From Ilumatobacteraceae bacterium (GTDB taxonomy: Bacteria > Actinomycetota > Acidimicrobiia > Acidimicrobiales > Ilumatobacteraceae), in contig CAVVWT010000010.1 in the NCBI GenBank assembly GCA_963752085.1, forward strand, positions 5,831 through 69,830: a stretch of DNA of 64,000 nucleotides, written 5' to 3'. The position numbers were made by a program, and so were the translations under genes. Positions 9,942 to 20,798 of this stretch are shown one piece after another. A model generated the notes under the pieces. That model ran no database searches and was not told where the DNA came from. It worked only from the letters and a program-made list of their open reading frames with translations. Every line of letters starts with the position of its first letter. Positions within the stretch are counted from its first letter, which is position 1.

Positions 9942-10164
9942 GATTTCGGCAGGTTCTGCCGCGGTCCTGAGGATGCTCGGCCCGTTCGCCTCGGATGTCG
10001 TCCATCCGAGCTCCGATCAGGCGCTCCGCCAATAGCAGGGCCCATCATTGCCGTTCGGCGCAGGTCGCGCAATGCCATTCACGCAGTCTTGACGAACCAC
10101 ACACAGTGGCGAAACGTGACGGATCGTCGTCGGCGACGGGGGTCGGCCAACTAGCCTCGCCGCC

Positions 10165-11109
10165 GTGGCGAGCCCGATCAGCAACGACGTCGTCCGGCGG
10201 GTCGCACGCCGTGCCGTCCGCAGTGGAGCGATGGCGACGGCCGCGATGAGGCCGACGCCCGACCTGGTGATCATCGGCGTCAAGCGCGGTGGCACCACAT
10301 CGTTGTTCCGCGACCTCGAACGTCATCCGGCGATGTGCCCGCTGGTGCCGTCGGCGCGTCGACTCCCGCTGCGCGAGAACCAGAAGGGGGTGCACTACTT
10401 CGACAACAACTTCGTTCGTGGCGACCGTTGGTATCGCAGTCATTTCCCGACCCGCACGTCGCGTGCGCTGCGCGCGCACGCGCCACCGGGTCGACGTTCA
10501 CGGCCGAGGCAAGCCCGTATTACTTCTTCCAACCCCTCGCAGCCGCGCCGCGCGGTGGCTGCGCTGCCAACCACGCACTTCGTCGTGCTGCTCCGCGACC
10601 CGATCGAGCGCACGCTCTCGCACTGGGCGGAGCAGACCCGTAACGGGGTCGAGACCCTGTCGCTGGCGGATGCGCTCGATGCCGAGGCCGCACGGCTCGG
10701 CGACGATGCCGAGCGACTCCGATCCGGGGCGATCGCCACCAGCCACGCCCACGAACAGCAGAGCTACGCATCGCAGAGCGAGTACGCCGATTCGTTGCAG
10801 CGCTGGCTCGACGCCGCCGGTCACGATCGGGTCACCGTGATGTTCTCCGAGAACTACTTCCGGGACCCTGCGGCCACGATTCGCACCATCACCGACCTGC
10901 TCGGCGTCGACCCGATGCCCGATGAGGCCGTCGGTGGCCATCGAAACGCTGCTCCACGACCGGGCGCCATCGACCCCGACGTCGAACTCCAGCTGCTCGA
11001 CCGGTTCAGACCCGACGTGGCGCGCGTGACCGCCCTCGTCGGCACCGAACCGCCGTGGCCCCGGTTCGGGCTTCAGCAATCCGGCACTGCGCCCGATACC
11101 CAACCGTGA
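10165..11109 (+). CDS. sulfotransferase (PAPS-dependent), open ORF containing a compensated out-of-frame patch
   Basis: 5'-PSB loop IIGVKRGGTTSL and 3'-PB block VVLLRDPIERTLSHW. The conserved family segment FTAEASPYYFFQPLAAAPR is encoded in a different frame between about 10480 and 10555 (see findings). The stop overlaps the next gene's start (GTGA at 11106-11109). Confidence 0.7.
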   Translation: MASPISNDVVRRVARRAVRSGAMATAAMRPTPDLVIIGVKRGGTTSLFRDLERHPAMCPLVPSARRLPLRENQKGVHYFDNNFVRGDRWYRSHFPTRTSRALRAHAPPGRRSRPRQARITSSNPSQPRRAVAALPTTHFVVLLRDPIERTLSHWAEQTRNGVETLSLADALDAEAARLGDDAERLRSGAIATSHAHEQQSYASQSEYADSLQRWLDAAGHDRVTVMFSENYFRDPAATIRTITDLLGVDPMPDEAVGGHRNAAPRPGAIDPDVELQLLDRFRPDVARVTALVGTEPPWPRFGLQQSGTAPDTQP

Positions 11110-12115
11110 GGATCCTCCAGCTCCACGCCGGGTACCGCACCCCCGCGGGCGAGGACACGGTGGTACATGCCGAGGCCGCCGCCCTCCGCGACGCCGGCCA
11201 TGAGGTGCTCCAGATCATCGAGCACAATCCCCACGGCACCGGCGCAGCACTCCGGGCGCTCGCCAAGAGCCGCTACAACCGGTCGACCGGCGCCGCCGTC
11301 GCCCAGGCGTGCCGCGACTGGACACCCGACGTCGTCCACGTCCACAACACGTGGTTCGCGCTGTCATCGTCGGTGATCGACGCGGTGGCCGAGCCGAGAT
11401 CCCGATCGTGATGACGATTCACAACTATCGCTTGGGATGCCTGGGGGTCGACCTGTTCCGCGGCAACGCCGTCTGCACCGCGTGCGTCGGCCGCTCACCG
11501 CTGCAGGGGGTGATCCACGGCTGCTACCGGGACTCCCGCGCCCTGTCGGCGGTCGCCGCTGTGGAGATCGTCGTCCACCCGACGTCGATCGTCGCTCGAC
11601 CAGGTCAGCCGCTTCGTCGCTCCCTCGGAGTTCATGGCGGACCGATTGGTCGACATCGGTGTTCCGGCCGACCGACTCACCGTCAAGCCGCACTTCATTC
11701 CCGATCCGGGCGAACGAACAGCTCCACCCTCCAACTCGGACGACGTGCTCTTCATCGGCCGGCTCGCCCCCGCGCAAGGGCCTGCGAACGCTGCTGCGCG
11801 GCATGGGAGCGATACGTCGATCGGGATGATCACACGACATCGCGGCTCACGGTCATCGGCGACGGTCCACTCGCTTCCGAGGCGCGAGAAGCGGCACGGC
11901 GTGGTATCTCGTTTACGGGATGGTTGTCGCCTGACGAGGTGCGGGCGCGCTTGCTGACCGCTCGCGCCTTCGTGTTCCCGTCCGAGTGGTACGAACCGTT
12001 CGGGATGGTCCTGATCGAGGCGATGGCAGCGGGTCTCCCCATCGTCGCCACCACGGCGTCCGACGCCGCACGGATCACGGGAACGCCGGATCACCTCATC
12101 GCCCCTGCCGGCTGA
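11106..12115 (+). pseudogene. GT4-family glycosyltransferase (paralog 1), at least 5 frame shifts as assembled
   Basis: Pieces occur in order across frames. These are VRILQLHAGYRTPAGEDTVV...VHVHNTWF, IPIVMTIHNYRLGC...CTAC...HGCY, LDQVSRFVAPSEFMADRLVDIGVPADRLTVKPHFI, KGLRTLLR, and AWERYV...LTVIGDGPL...FVFPSEWYEPFGMVLIEAMAAGLPIV. The protein-like sequence continues past the 12115 stop in another frame (DERALAECLERL...) to about 12290. Confidence 0.65.
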
Positions 12116-12285
12116 CGAACGCGCGCTCGCCGAATGCCTCGAACGACTCGACGACCACACGGTCGACGATGCCGGACAGGCCGCGCGCTCGCGCTTCCTC
12201 TCCACCTACACCGACGCTGCGGGCATCGACGGCGCTCGAAGCCCTGTACCACTCCGTGACCGGGGTCCGCCCCGCGCGCGACACG

Positions 12286-13081
12286 ATGACCTGGCACCGC
12301 CTTCCGGCCGCGCCCCGCATGATCGTCCACCGATCGAGCGGACGATCCGGCACCGTCGTTCGGGCCCTCGCTGGTACGTCCGACTGGCGTCGCGCCGTCC
12401 GCGGACCACTGCGGTGCCGGCGTGCTCGCCCTCGCGCGGTGCCGCGACGACTCCCGTCCACGTCCTGGCCGCCGTGGCCCCCGATCGAGCTGGCCGGCGC
12501 TCGATGCCGCAGCTGCGGCGCCGACTCCCGGGTTTCACGGTGCTCGGGGCCGTGCTGCCGCGGCAGCCGCACCGACCCCGGCTCTCGCTCGATCGGCCGG
12601 ATCACCGGCAACCTGGTCGTCGTCAAGCTCGGACCACCGAACGACGGTCTCGAACGGGAGGCACTGGTCCTCGACCTGCTGGCACGGGACCCGCTCCCGT
12701 CGATCGCCACCGCAGAACGCCTCGAGGCCGGCACGATGACCATCGAGGATCACGACGTCACCTTTCTCGCCAGCACCGGTCTCTCCCCGGGGCACCAACG
12801 GCCGGCCATCGACGAGCCGCTCCGGACGTTCGAGTCGGACCTCGCGGAACGACTGCGCCGACCTGCCGCGTCCGCACGTTCCCGGTGCGAAACGGTCGGA
12901 CCGCCTCGTACCCGTGCACGGCGACCTGACACCGTGGAACCTCCGGCGGACCCCACGGGGCCTCGTCCTGTTCGACTGGGAGTCGGCCGGGTGGGGAACT
13001 CCGGGCGCCGACCTCGCCCTCTACCGCCGATCCTGTGACGAGGTTCGACGACCGTGGAATCGTCGGAGAGACGCCTCATGA
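12286..13081 (+). pseudogene. APH/choline-kinase-like phosphotransferase, frame-disrupted; 5' boundary uncertain
   Basis: My own translation gives VVVKLGPPNDGLEREALVLDLLA (ATP-binding Lys region). In another frame it gives the catalytic loop VPVHGDLTPWNLRRTPRGLVLFDWESAGWGTPGADLA, ending at a TGA that overlaps the next ATG (ATGA at 13078-13081). Confidence 0.4.
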
Positions 13082-14269
13082 CGACCATCCGCGCGCTCGT
13101 GATCCACAACTTCTATCGATCGGAGAACGCGTCAGGCGAGAACCTGTCGGTGAGCGACGAGATCAGCGGACTCCGCGCACGGGGCTGGGACATCGAAGTG
13201 ATCAGCGCCGACAGCGATGTGATCGGCAGCGGCATCATCCCGCTCGGCGAACTGGCCCTGCGCCCGCTCTACAGCCGAAGGAGCGTGGACGCGCGTTCGG
13301 GAAGCGGCGAGACGCTTTCGCCCCAACGTCGCACTCGTCGAGAACCTCTTCCCGCTCCACTCACCCTGGGTGGTCCGCGAGCTGCGTGCGCTCGGCGTGC
13401 CCGTGGCTGCCGGCGTCCGCAGCTACCGCATGTTCTGTGCGGCCTCGACGCTGTTCCGCGATGGCGCCATCTGCCGCGACTGCGTCGGCAGCAGGACCAA
13501 TCTGCCAGCGGTGCGCCACGGCTGCTACCAGGGTTCGCCGCTCCGCACGGCGCCGCTGGCCGCGAGCCTCGCGCTGCATCGGTCGACGTTCAGGTCCATC
13601 GACACCTACCTGGCGGTTTCGGAGTTCGTGCGCGACGAACTCGTCGAGGCCGGGTTCGACGCGGAACGGGTCGTGGTCCGGCCGAACTTCGTCGACGATC
13701 CGGGCCCACCCGACAACACCCAGGGCGTCGGGTTCTTCTTCGGTGGCCGGCTCACGGCCGACAAGGGCGTCGGGCAGATGATCGACGGCTGGAAGCGCTC
13801 GGAGGTGTGGAGACAACACCGGCTTCGAGTCGCTGGCAGCGGCCCGCTGGAGTCACTCCTGGTCGATCTCGACCCGAGCCTGCGGATCGAGGCCCTCGGT
13901 CTGCTCCCACACGAGCAGGCACTCGATGCGGTGGGCACGGCGGCGGTGACCGTGGTCCCGTCGATCTGGCCGGAACCGTTCGGGCGCGGTGTCATCGAGG
14001 CCGCCGCACACGGCCGACCGGCGCTGGTCTGCCGCTCTGGAGGGTTGGCCTCGCTCGTCGAAGACGGGGCCACCGGCTGGCTCGCCGAACCGGATGCCGA
14101 TGGACTCGCCGCCGCGTTTCGACGAGCGGCCGACACGACCGACCAGACCGACTTCGGGTACGCCGCACGGCAGCGCTACCTCGAGCGGTACACCCGCGAG
14201 GCATCGATCGGAGTCCTCGACCGAGAACTCCAGCGACTCGCTCATCGCGGCATCGATCGAGCCCGATGA
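13078..14269 (+). pseudogene. GT4-family glycosyltransferase (paralog 2), 1 frame shift as assembled
   Basis: N-terminus MTTIRALVIHNFYRSENASGENLSV... is in the 13054 ORF frame. From about 13295 the protein continues in the 13370..14269 frame (NVALVENLFPLHSPWVVRELRALGVPV...VVPSIWPEPFGRGVIEAAAHGRPALV). Layout matches paralog 1, including the Cys/His-rich insert. Confidence 0.75.
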
Positions 14270-14440
14270 CGGAGACGTTCGCGGAGCGCACACAGATGAC
14301 ACTCTTCGTGGTCACATCGGGCGAATGCACCACCCAGTGCGTTCTTTTCTCGGGTCGGGGCGTCCACTGCGGCTCGACCGTCAACGCTGTCTCAAGCCGA
14401 GCCTCAAGCCCGACCGCCCCGCGGCCGATGATATGAGACG

Positions 14441-15955
14441 ATGAGCACTTCTGGGCCGACCCCCACGACGACTGCCGCGCCCGGAGGCTTCCGCGGCGTG
14501 TCGCCCAGCCACGCGACGCAGTCGGGCATCGGCCCCGTCGAGGCGTTCTGGCGGTTCCGGGCGTGGACGGTCCCGATCACCATCGTGATCGGCATGCTGG
14601 CCGGGTTGGCCGCACTGGCCACCTCGGGAACATCGACCGCCACCACGACCCTGTACCTCACCGACCCACGTGGTGCGCCGGTCTTCCGCGACGGATCGAG
14701 CAACCCCGCCGACCTCGGTCGATATGCACGGCAACGGGCCGAATTCGCCCAGTCCGCGAACGTCTTGAACCAGGTCGTCACCGACCTCGACGAACTCCGC
14801 CTCGCAGACCCGTCGATCCCGTCCGACGACATCGACACGCTCGAGGACATCGTCGACGCGTCGACCACGACGTCGTCGGACGTGCGAATCGACTGCACGG
14901 CGACCGACCCCGAACAGGCCCTGCGGATCTGTCGACTGGTGGTCGAGACCTATGTCGACATGGCCAACGCCGACATCCAGGATCGCGCGCAGATCCAGAT
15001 CGACGTGCTCCTCGCCGAACGCGACCGGATCATCGCCGATCCCGACTCCCAGCCGAGTTCGATCGCCGACATCGACGGTCGGATCTTCGAGATCAGCACC
15101 GAAGCGGCACTCTTCGGCAGCGGCGTCGAGTTCGTCGAGCCCGCGCAGGTGGAGGAGGACTCCCGGATCGTGCCGGCCGTCCAACTCGGGCTCGCCGGAC
15201 TGCTGTTCGCGGCATTCGCAATGGCAGCGCTGGCGTGGTTCCGCGACGGACGCCGACCGGTGATCAACTCCGGGTCGGATGCCACGATGTCGCTCCGTGC
15301 GCCACTGCTCGGAGAGATCGTCGCCAGCCCACACGAGGCGTTCGCCGCGGCGACCGCTCCCGGCGCCGCATACCAGTTGCTCGCCACCAGCCTCGGTGCC
15401 GTGCACCCCGACGGCGGGGTGCTGCTCGCAGGCACGGCGATCCCCAGCCCCCATGCCCACGAGACGATCGCCCGGATGGCGACCGCATCGGCCCGCGAGG
15501 GACGTCGGGTGCTCGTCGTCGACGGCGACACGGGCGGCCGGGGCCTCAGCAGCCTCTTCGGGCAGGAGCAGACGACCGGCGGCCTCACCGAGCTGCTCGC
15601 CGGCCTCGCCGGCTTCGACGAAGTTCGGCGCACGATCGGCGTCGGCGGCGCGGCAACGCTCGACCTGATCACCGGCGGTCGCCCGATCGACGACCCATCG
15701 AGTCTCTTCCGTTCGCAGCAGGGCCGCGAGATCGTCAACTCGTTCCGCAGCCGCTACGACCTCGTGCTCGTCGCCATTCCGCCGCTCCTCACGGCTGCTG
15801 ACGGTTCCGCACTGGCCGGCGCCGCCGATGGTGTCGTGCTCGTGGTCGACCGTGGCACCGGCGCGCACGACCTCGACACCGTCCGCCAACGCCTCGAGGT
15901 CCTGCGGACACCGACGATCGGCGTCGTCTTCGACCACCGCCCCGGCGCGAACTGA
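14441..15955 (+). CDS. polysaccharide co-polymerase (Wzz-like) fused to a degenerate BY-kinase/ParA-like P-loop domain
   Basis: Two TM segments (about aa 40-62 and 247-266) flank a periplasmic-type coiled region. The C-terminal domain aligns with CpsD/Wzc kinases (RVLVVDGD..., YDLVLVAIPP..., GVVLVVDRG). It lacks the Walker A GK[ST] and any C-terminal Tyr cluster. Confidence 0.7.
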   Translation: MSTSGPTPTTTAAPGGFRGVSPSHATQSGIGPVEAFWRFRAWTVPITIVIGMLAGLAALATSGTSTATTTLYLTDPRGAPVFRDGSSNPADLGRYARQRAEFAQSANVLNQVVTDLDELRLADPSIPSDDIDTLEDIVDASTTTSSDVRIDCTATDPEQALRICRLVVETYVDMANADIQDRAQIQIDVLLAERDRIIADPDSQPSSIADIDGRIFEISTEAALFGSGVEFVEPAQVEEDSRIVPAVQLGLAGLLFAAFAMAALAWFRDGRRPVINSGSDATMSLRAPLLGEIVASPHEAFAAATAPGAAYQLLATSLGAVHPDGGVLLAGTAIPSPHAHETIARMATASAREGRRVLVVDGDTGGRGLSSLFGQEQTTGGLTELLAGLAGFDEVRRTIGVGGAATLDLITGGRPIDDPSSLFRSQQGREIVNSFRSRYDLVLVAIPPLLTAADGSALAGAADGVVLVVDRGTGAHDLDTVRQRLEVLRTPTIGVVFDHRPGAN

Positions 15956-15969
15956 CGAGCGGCTCGGAC

Positions 15970-17512
15970 ATGGCCGCGACACGGGGCTCCGGACGACCGC
16001 TCGCCGCCGTGGCGTCGCAGGCGATCGTGGCTGGCTCCAGCCTGCTGCTTCAGCTGATCGCGCTTCGCCAGCTCGGCGAGCAGGGACTGGGCAGGTTCGC
16101 GCTGCTCTTCGGCATCCTCGTCACGGTCAACTCCGTCCAGAGCGGTTGGCTGGGCGACTCGCTCACGGTCCTCGACCGATTCGACCCCGGGATCCGGCGG
16201 GCACTCGTCCGGTCCCAGATCGCGATCGTCGGACTCGTCTTCTGCGTCACCGCGTTGCTGGCGCTTCCCGTGGGCGGCGTCGACGGGACGACGGCGTTCC
16301 TGTTCGGTGTGGCGTCGACCGCGTGGGCGGTCGAGGAGACGATGCGCCGGCTGCTCATCGCACGACGGGAATTCACCAAGCTCGTGATCAACGACGCGGC
16401 GTTCGCTGCGGGGTCGTTCGGATTGGTCGGTTTCGTCTCCTTCACCGACAGCACCTTCGAGCTCGAGACCCTGGTGCTCGCCCTGCTCGCCGGCGCAGTG
16501 GTCGCCATCGCCGTGGGCGTGATCCAGCTCCCGACGGTCGAGCTGTCGCGCGGTCTGCTCGGACCGTCACGAATGCGCGAGGTCGCCGTCGTTCGCCGTC
16601 TGGCGAGCTGCGCAGATCGGACTCCGACCCGGCAGCCAGGCGATCATCCGCACCGTCATCGTCGGCGTGGCATCGTACGAGGCACTCGGCCAGCTCGAGA
16701 GCGCGCGGTTGCTGCTCGCTCCGGTGCTCACCGTTGTCAACGGCGCCGGGGTCTACCTGCTTCCGACGTATTCGGCGCAGGCAAAGGCCGCCCGTCGGTT
16801 CTCTCCGGCCGTGCCCCTCGCGATGGCGACGGTGGGGCTCATCGCTGCCGCGTACGGGGCGGCGGCGATCGTGCTTCGCGAGCCGTTGACCGATCTGGTG
16901 ACCGACGGGACCACGACGATCACCGTCACCGCACTCCTCGCTTGGACCGCGTATTCGATCGGGTTCGGCGCCGGTGTTCCCGTCGGGAACGCACTCGTCG
17001 CGCGCGGTCGCTCCCGAATCGCTTTCACGACCCGCATCATCGACGCCGCCGTTGGCATCGTCGCCGCAACGGCATTGGCCGTCACCGGAAACGTCGACGC
17101 GGTGCCGTTCGGCCTGGCACTCGGGACCGCGGTGGGCGCCACGCTGCTGCTCCGTCGGCTCCGCCAACTCCCCTCCCCCGACACGCCGTTTCCCGCGCCG
17201 TCTCCCGATCAACGCCCACTCGCGACCGAGGCGGCGCCCGACGTTCCGCTCCGGTTCGGTGACATCTCGACGATGCGCGCCGCCGATGACGCCGTGTCGG
17301 ACGTCGCCGAGACACTCCAGTGGGAGCCGGCGGCTGCGGCGCTCCCTCGACCGCGTCCGCCGCGGGCGCTGGCGCCGAGATCGAGCCGAGGCGACCTTTC
17401 TGATCCCGGGTCGGAGCCGGTGTTGACGTCGCACGTTGCGCTCGATCGCTGGCTGTGGCTCCTGCCGATGCATCGCGATCGTTGCGACCGAGTACAAGTT
17501 CCGACGTCGTGA
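15970..17512 (+). pseudogene. Wzx-like polysaccharide flippase (MOP superfamily), 1 frame shift; 3' end uncertain
   Basis: Multi-TM protein. The N-terminal half is in the 15970 ORF. From about 16592 it continues in the 16667 frame (FAVWRAAQIGLRPGSQAIIRTVIVGVASYEALGQLESARLLLAPV...). The hydrophobic part ends near 17160. The ORF tail runs into the next gene. Confidence 0.55.
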
Positions 17513-18755
17513 CATCGACGAGGCGCTGGACGGCGCGATCGACCTGATGATCCTCGCCGAGCTCGCGGTGTACGGATTGATCGGGGTGTGGGCTGTGTGG
17601 CGACTCGCCCCGACTCGACCCCGACTGACGCCGCTGACCGTCGTGATGTGGGGATACATCCTCACCACCGCGGCGAGTTCGCTGTACTCGACCTTCGCCC
17701 TGCTCGCGCTCGCGCGAGCGGTGCAGCTCGTGATCATCGGCGCCGTGGTCCACGTGCTGGCCGTCGACGGACGGCTCCGCCAGATCGGTACGTTGATCCA
17801 CGGCTGGATCGTGCTGTTGACCGGGTCGATCGCGATCGGACTGGCCTACGTCGCTCCGACGACACTGGCCCAGGAGGGCCGTTTCACCTGGCTCTTCGTC
17901 CACAGCGTCAGTGCCGGATCGATGCTCGCTCTGTCGGTTCCGATGTTGTTCGGACTCTGGCTGTCGGCCGGGCGGAAGGACAACCCGATCTCCCTTCCCT
18001 GGCCTCGATGGTCCTACGGGCTGCTGTTGGCCGTCCACATCGTGTTCCTGCTCGCCACCCGGACCCGCGGCTCGATCGGCGGAGCCTTCGTCGCCGTCGC
18101 AGCGATGGCGTGGATCTGGACCGGACGGCGCGCCAAACCCCAACTGGTGCTCGGCAGCCTGGTCGCCGGCGGTGCCTCGCTGTTGGCGTTCGGCGGACCG
18201 GTGCTCGACTTCCTGACACGTGGCGAGACCGCCGAGCAGATCGGCACGTTCAACAGACGGACCGAGATCTGGTCGTTGGCCTGGGAGTCGTTCCTCGACC
18301 ATCCGCTCCACGGGCTCGGGTTCACCTCGGCCAAAGGCGTCTTCTTCGACGAAACCGGCCTTGGTGGCGCCCACAATGCCCTGATCAATGTGATGATCGA
18401 CACCGGTCTCGCCGGTCTCACGTGGTGGATTGCGCTCCTGGTCTCGGTCGGCGTGGCGATCTCGCGGGTGGGACGCTCGGTCCAGCGACGAGAGCTCGTC
18501 GTCGGGGCCGCGGGCTCGTCCCGGGCCGATCACCTGATCCTGCTCGGCATGTTCACGGCGAGCATCGTCAATTCGATCACCACCGAGGGGCTGGGAGCCG
18601 GCGTGAACGTCTCGGCCATCTGGCTGTACCTGATGGTCGCGTGGATCGGCGTACTGCGTCGCGACGGACGGGCCCCGGCGGAGCAGGAGCCGACCCCCGC
18701 CGACATCGCGGCCGGTCTCGAGCACGACGCCGGGGCCGCGTCTCCACCGCACTGA
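17436..18755 (+). CDS. O-antigen ligase/polymerase-like (Wzy_C) membrane protein
   Basis: About 10 TM segments and the periplasmic loop RGSIGGAF...NRRTEIWSLAWESFLDHPLHGLGF typical of the Wzy_C domain. It may start further upstream at GTG 17420 in another frame (VLTSHVALDRWLWLLP), which would imply one more shift. Confidence 0.7.
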   Translation: MRSIAGCGSCRCIAIVATEYKFRRRDIDEALDGAIDLMILAELAVYGLIGVWAVWRLAPTRPRLTPLTVVMWGYILTTAASSLYSTFALLALARAVQLVIIGAVVHVLAVDGRLRQIGTLIHGWIVLLTGSIAIGLAYVAPTTLAQEGRFTWLFVHSVSAGSMLALSVPMLFGLWLSAGRKDNPISLPWPRWSYGLLLAVHIVFLLATRTRGSIGGAFVAVAAMAWIWTGRRAKPQLVLGSLVAGGASLLAFGGPVLDFLTRGETAEQIGTFNRRTEIWSLAWESFLDHPLHGLGFTSAKGVFFDETGLGGAHNALINVMIDTGLAGLTWWIALLVSVGVAISRVGRSVQRRELVVGAAGSSRADHLILLGMFTASIVNSITTEGLGAGVNVSAIWLYLMVAWIGVLRRDGRAPAEQEPTPADIAAGLEHDAGAASPPH

Positions 18756-18802
18756 TCACGGCGATGTTCCGCGCTGCCAGTGCGATTCGCGACACTGTGC
18801 TG

Positions 18803-19820
18803 ATGGGGACGACGTCGAAGGTCGCGGTTGTCGGTGGTGGCTCGTGGGGAACCGCGCTGGCGCGGCTACTGGTCCGTGAGGGCCTCTCCACGACGATCTG
18901 GGCGCGGGAGCCCGACGTCGTCGAGTCGATCACGGTCGATCACCAGAACGCGGTCTTCCTCCCCGGCATCGACCTGCCGCACGATCTTCGCGCCACGCAC
19001 GGATCTCGGCGAAGCGCTGTCCGGTGCGACGGTCGTCCTCTCCGCCGTCCCCACTCAGCACATCCGAACGGTGTTCGCCGGCGGGCACGAGCAGTTCGAG
19101 AGTGCACAGGTGATCGTCTCGGTCTCGAAGGGAATCGAGGTCGAGACGTTGCAGACGCCCTCGCAGATCCTGCGCGACGTCGCCCCGCCCAGACTCGCCG
19201 ATGCGATCGTGGCCCTGTCCGGCCCTTCGTTCGCTCGCGAGGTCGGGCTGGACCATCCCGCCGCCGTGGTTGCAGCGTGTGGATCGATCGAACGGGCCCG
19301 CGAGGTCCGCGACCTGTTCACCACCTCGTCGTTTCGTGTGTACTCGTCCGACGACATCGTGTCAGCCGAACTCGGCGGAGCGTTGAAGAACGTGATCGCC
19401 CTCGCCGCCGGCATGTCGTACGGCCTCGGGTTCGCCCAGAACTCGATGGCGGCGCTGATCACACGCGGACTCGCAGAGATCATGCGCGCCGGTGTCGCCC
19501 GGGGCGGCGACCCGGCCACGTTCGCTGGGTTGTCCGGCATGGGCGATCTCGTGCTCACCTGCAGCGGTGAACTCTCACGCAACCGGCAGGTCGGTCTGGA
19601 GATCGGCCGCGGACGCACGCTCGTCGAGGTGCTCGGCGAGATGAACATGGTGGCCGAGGGGGTCAAGACGACGTTGGCGGCGCGGCGACTGGCCGAGCAG
19701 CTCGGAGTGTCGATGCCGATCACCGAGGAGGTCTATCTCACCCTGTACGAAGACAAGGATCCCCGCGATGCCCTCGCCCACCTGATGGGGCGCGCGCCGC
19801 GCGACGAACGCAACGGCTGA
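18803..19820 (+). pseudogene. gpsA: NAD(P)H-dependent glycerol-3-phosphate dehydrogenase, 1 frame shift as assembled
   Basis: N-terminus MGTTSKVAVVGGGSWGTALARLL...FLPGIDLPHDLRAT is in the 17588-ORF frame. From about 18990 the rest (TDLGEALSGATVVLSAVPTQ...GGALKNVIALAAGM...MVAEGVKT) is in the 18828..19820 frame. Confidence 0.85.
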
Positions 19821-19844
19821 GTCGACTCCCGTCCGGTCGAGGTG

Positions 19845-20798
19845 TCAGCCGGGGCGACCGGGCAGGTCGAGTACGTCGGCGAAGTGCGGAATGGTCCGCT
19901 CGAGACCCGTCCGCAGATCGATCTGCGGACGCCACCCCAGCGCCTCGGTGGCCAAGGTGATGTCCGGTTGACGTTGCTTCGGATCGTCCGCCGGAAGTGG
20001 CTCGTGCACGATGCCGGCCGCGTTGCCGGTCAATTCGTTCACCAGGTCGGCCAACTCGAGCATCGTGAATTCCCCCGGATTGCCGATGTTGACGGGGCCG
20101 ACCTCGTCGCCGTCGAGCAGCGCCAGAAATCCTCGGATCTCGTCCTCGACGTAGCAGAAGCTCCGTGTCTGGGATCCGTCGCCGTAGATCGTGAGCGATT
20201 CGACCGCGCAGCGCCTGCGTGATGAAGTTCGACACGACGCGACCGTCGTCGGGCTGCATCCGTGGGCCGTAGGTGTTGAAGATCCGCACGATGCGGATGT
20301 CGACACCGTGGGTGCGGTGGTACGCGAACGTCAGCGCCTCGGAGAACCGCTTGGCCTCGTCGTACATGCTCCGCTGCCCGATCGGGTTGACGTTGCCCCA
20401 GTAGTCCTCGGTCTGCGGGTGCACCGCCGGATCTCCGTAGACCTCGCTGGTCGACGCCATGAAGAACCGGGCGTCGTTGCGGCGGGCGAGTTCGAGCAGG
20501 TTGCGGGTGCCGATGCTCCCCACGTCGAGCGTTTCGACCGGGAGGGCGTAGTAGTCCTTCGGCGAGGCCGGGCTCGCGAGGTTCATCACCGCGTCGACGT
20601 CGCCGCCGACGTCGAACGATCCGGTGATGTCCTGCTCGACCAACTCGAACGCCGGGTCGGCGAGTGAGGTGCGTCCACGTTTCGAGCGCTGCCCGTCACG
20701 AAGTTGTCGATGCAGACGACCTGGTCACCGCGTCCGATCAGCGCGTCGCAGAGATGCGACCCGAGAAAACCGGCCCCGCCGGCGACGACGACCCGCAT
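19845..20798 (-). pseudogene. UDP-glucuronate decarboxylase (UXS-type extended SDR), 2 frame shifts as assembled
   Basis: Three pieces lie in three frames. They are [45 protein letters not shown]...STSEVYGDP...[11 protein letters not shown]...[10 protein letters not shown], and [20 protein letters not shown]...[11 protein letters not shown]. Shifts are near 20660 and 20210. Confidence 0.8.

Noticed and set aside
10085-10125. A TTGACG hexamer (about 10088) considered as the -35 element of a promoter for the sulfotransferase-GT operon, in the divergent 9942-10164 region.
   Set aside because: I found no convincing TANNNT -10 element at 16-19 nt spacing. Promoter calls by eye in high-GC actinobacterial DNA are unreliable.
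19821-19844. A weak hairpin (GTCGAC...GTCGAG) in the 24-nt gap between the convergent gpsA and UXS genes, considered as a terminator.
   Set aside because: The stem is only 5-6 bp with a mismatch and there is no U-tract. This is too weak to annotate.
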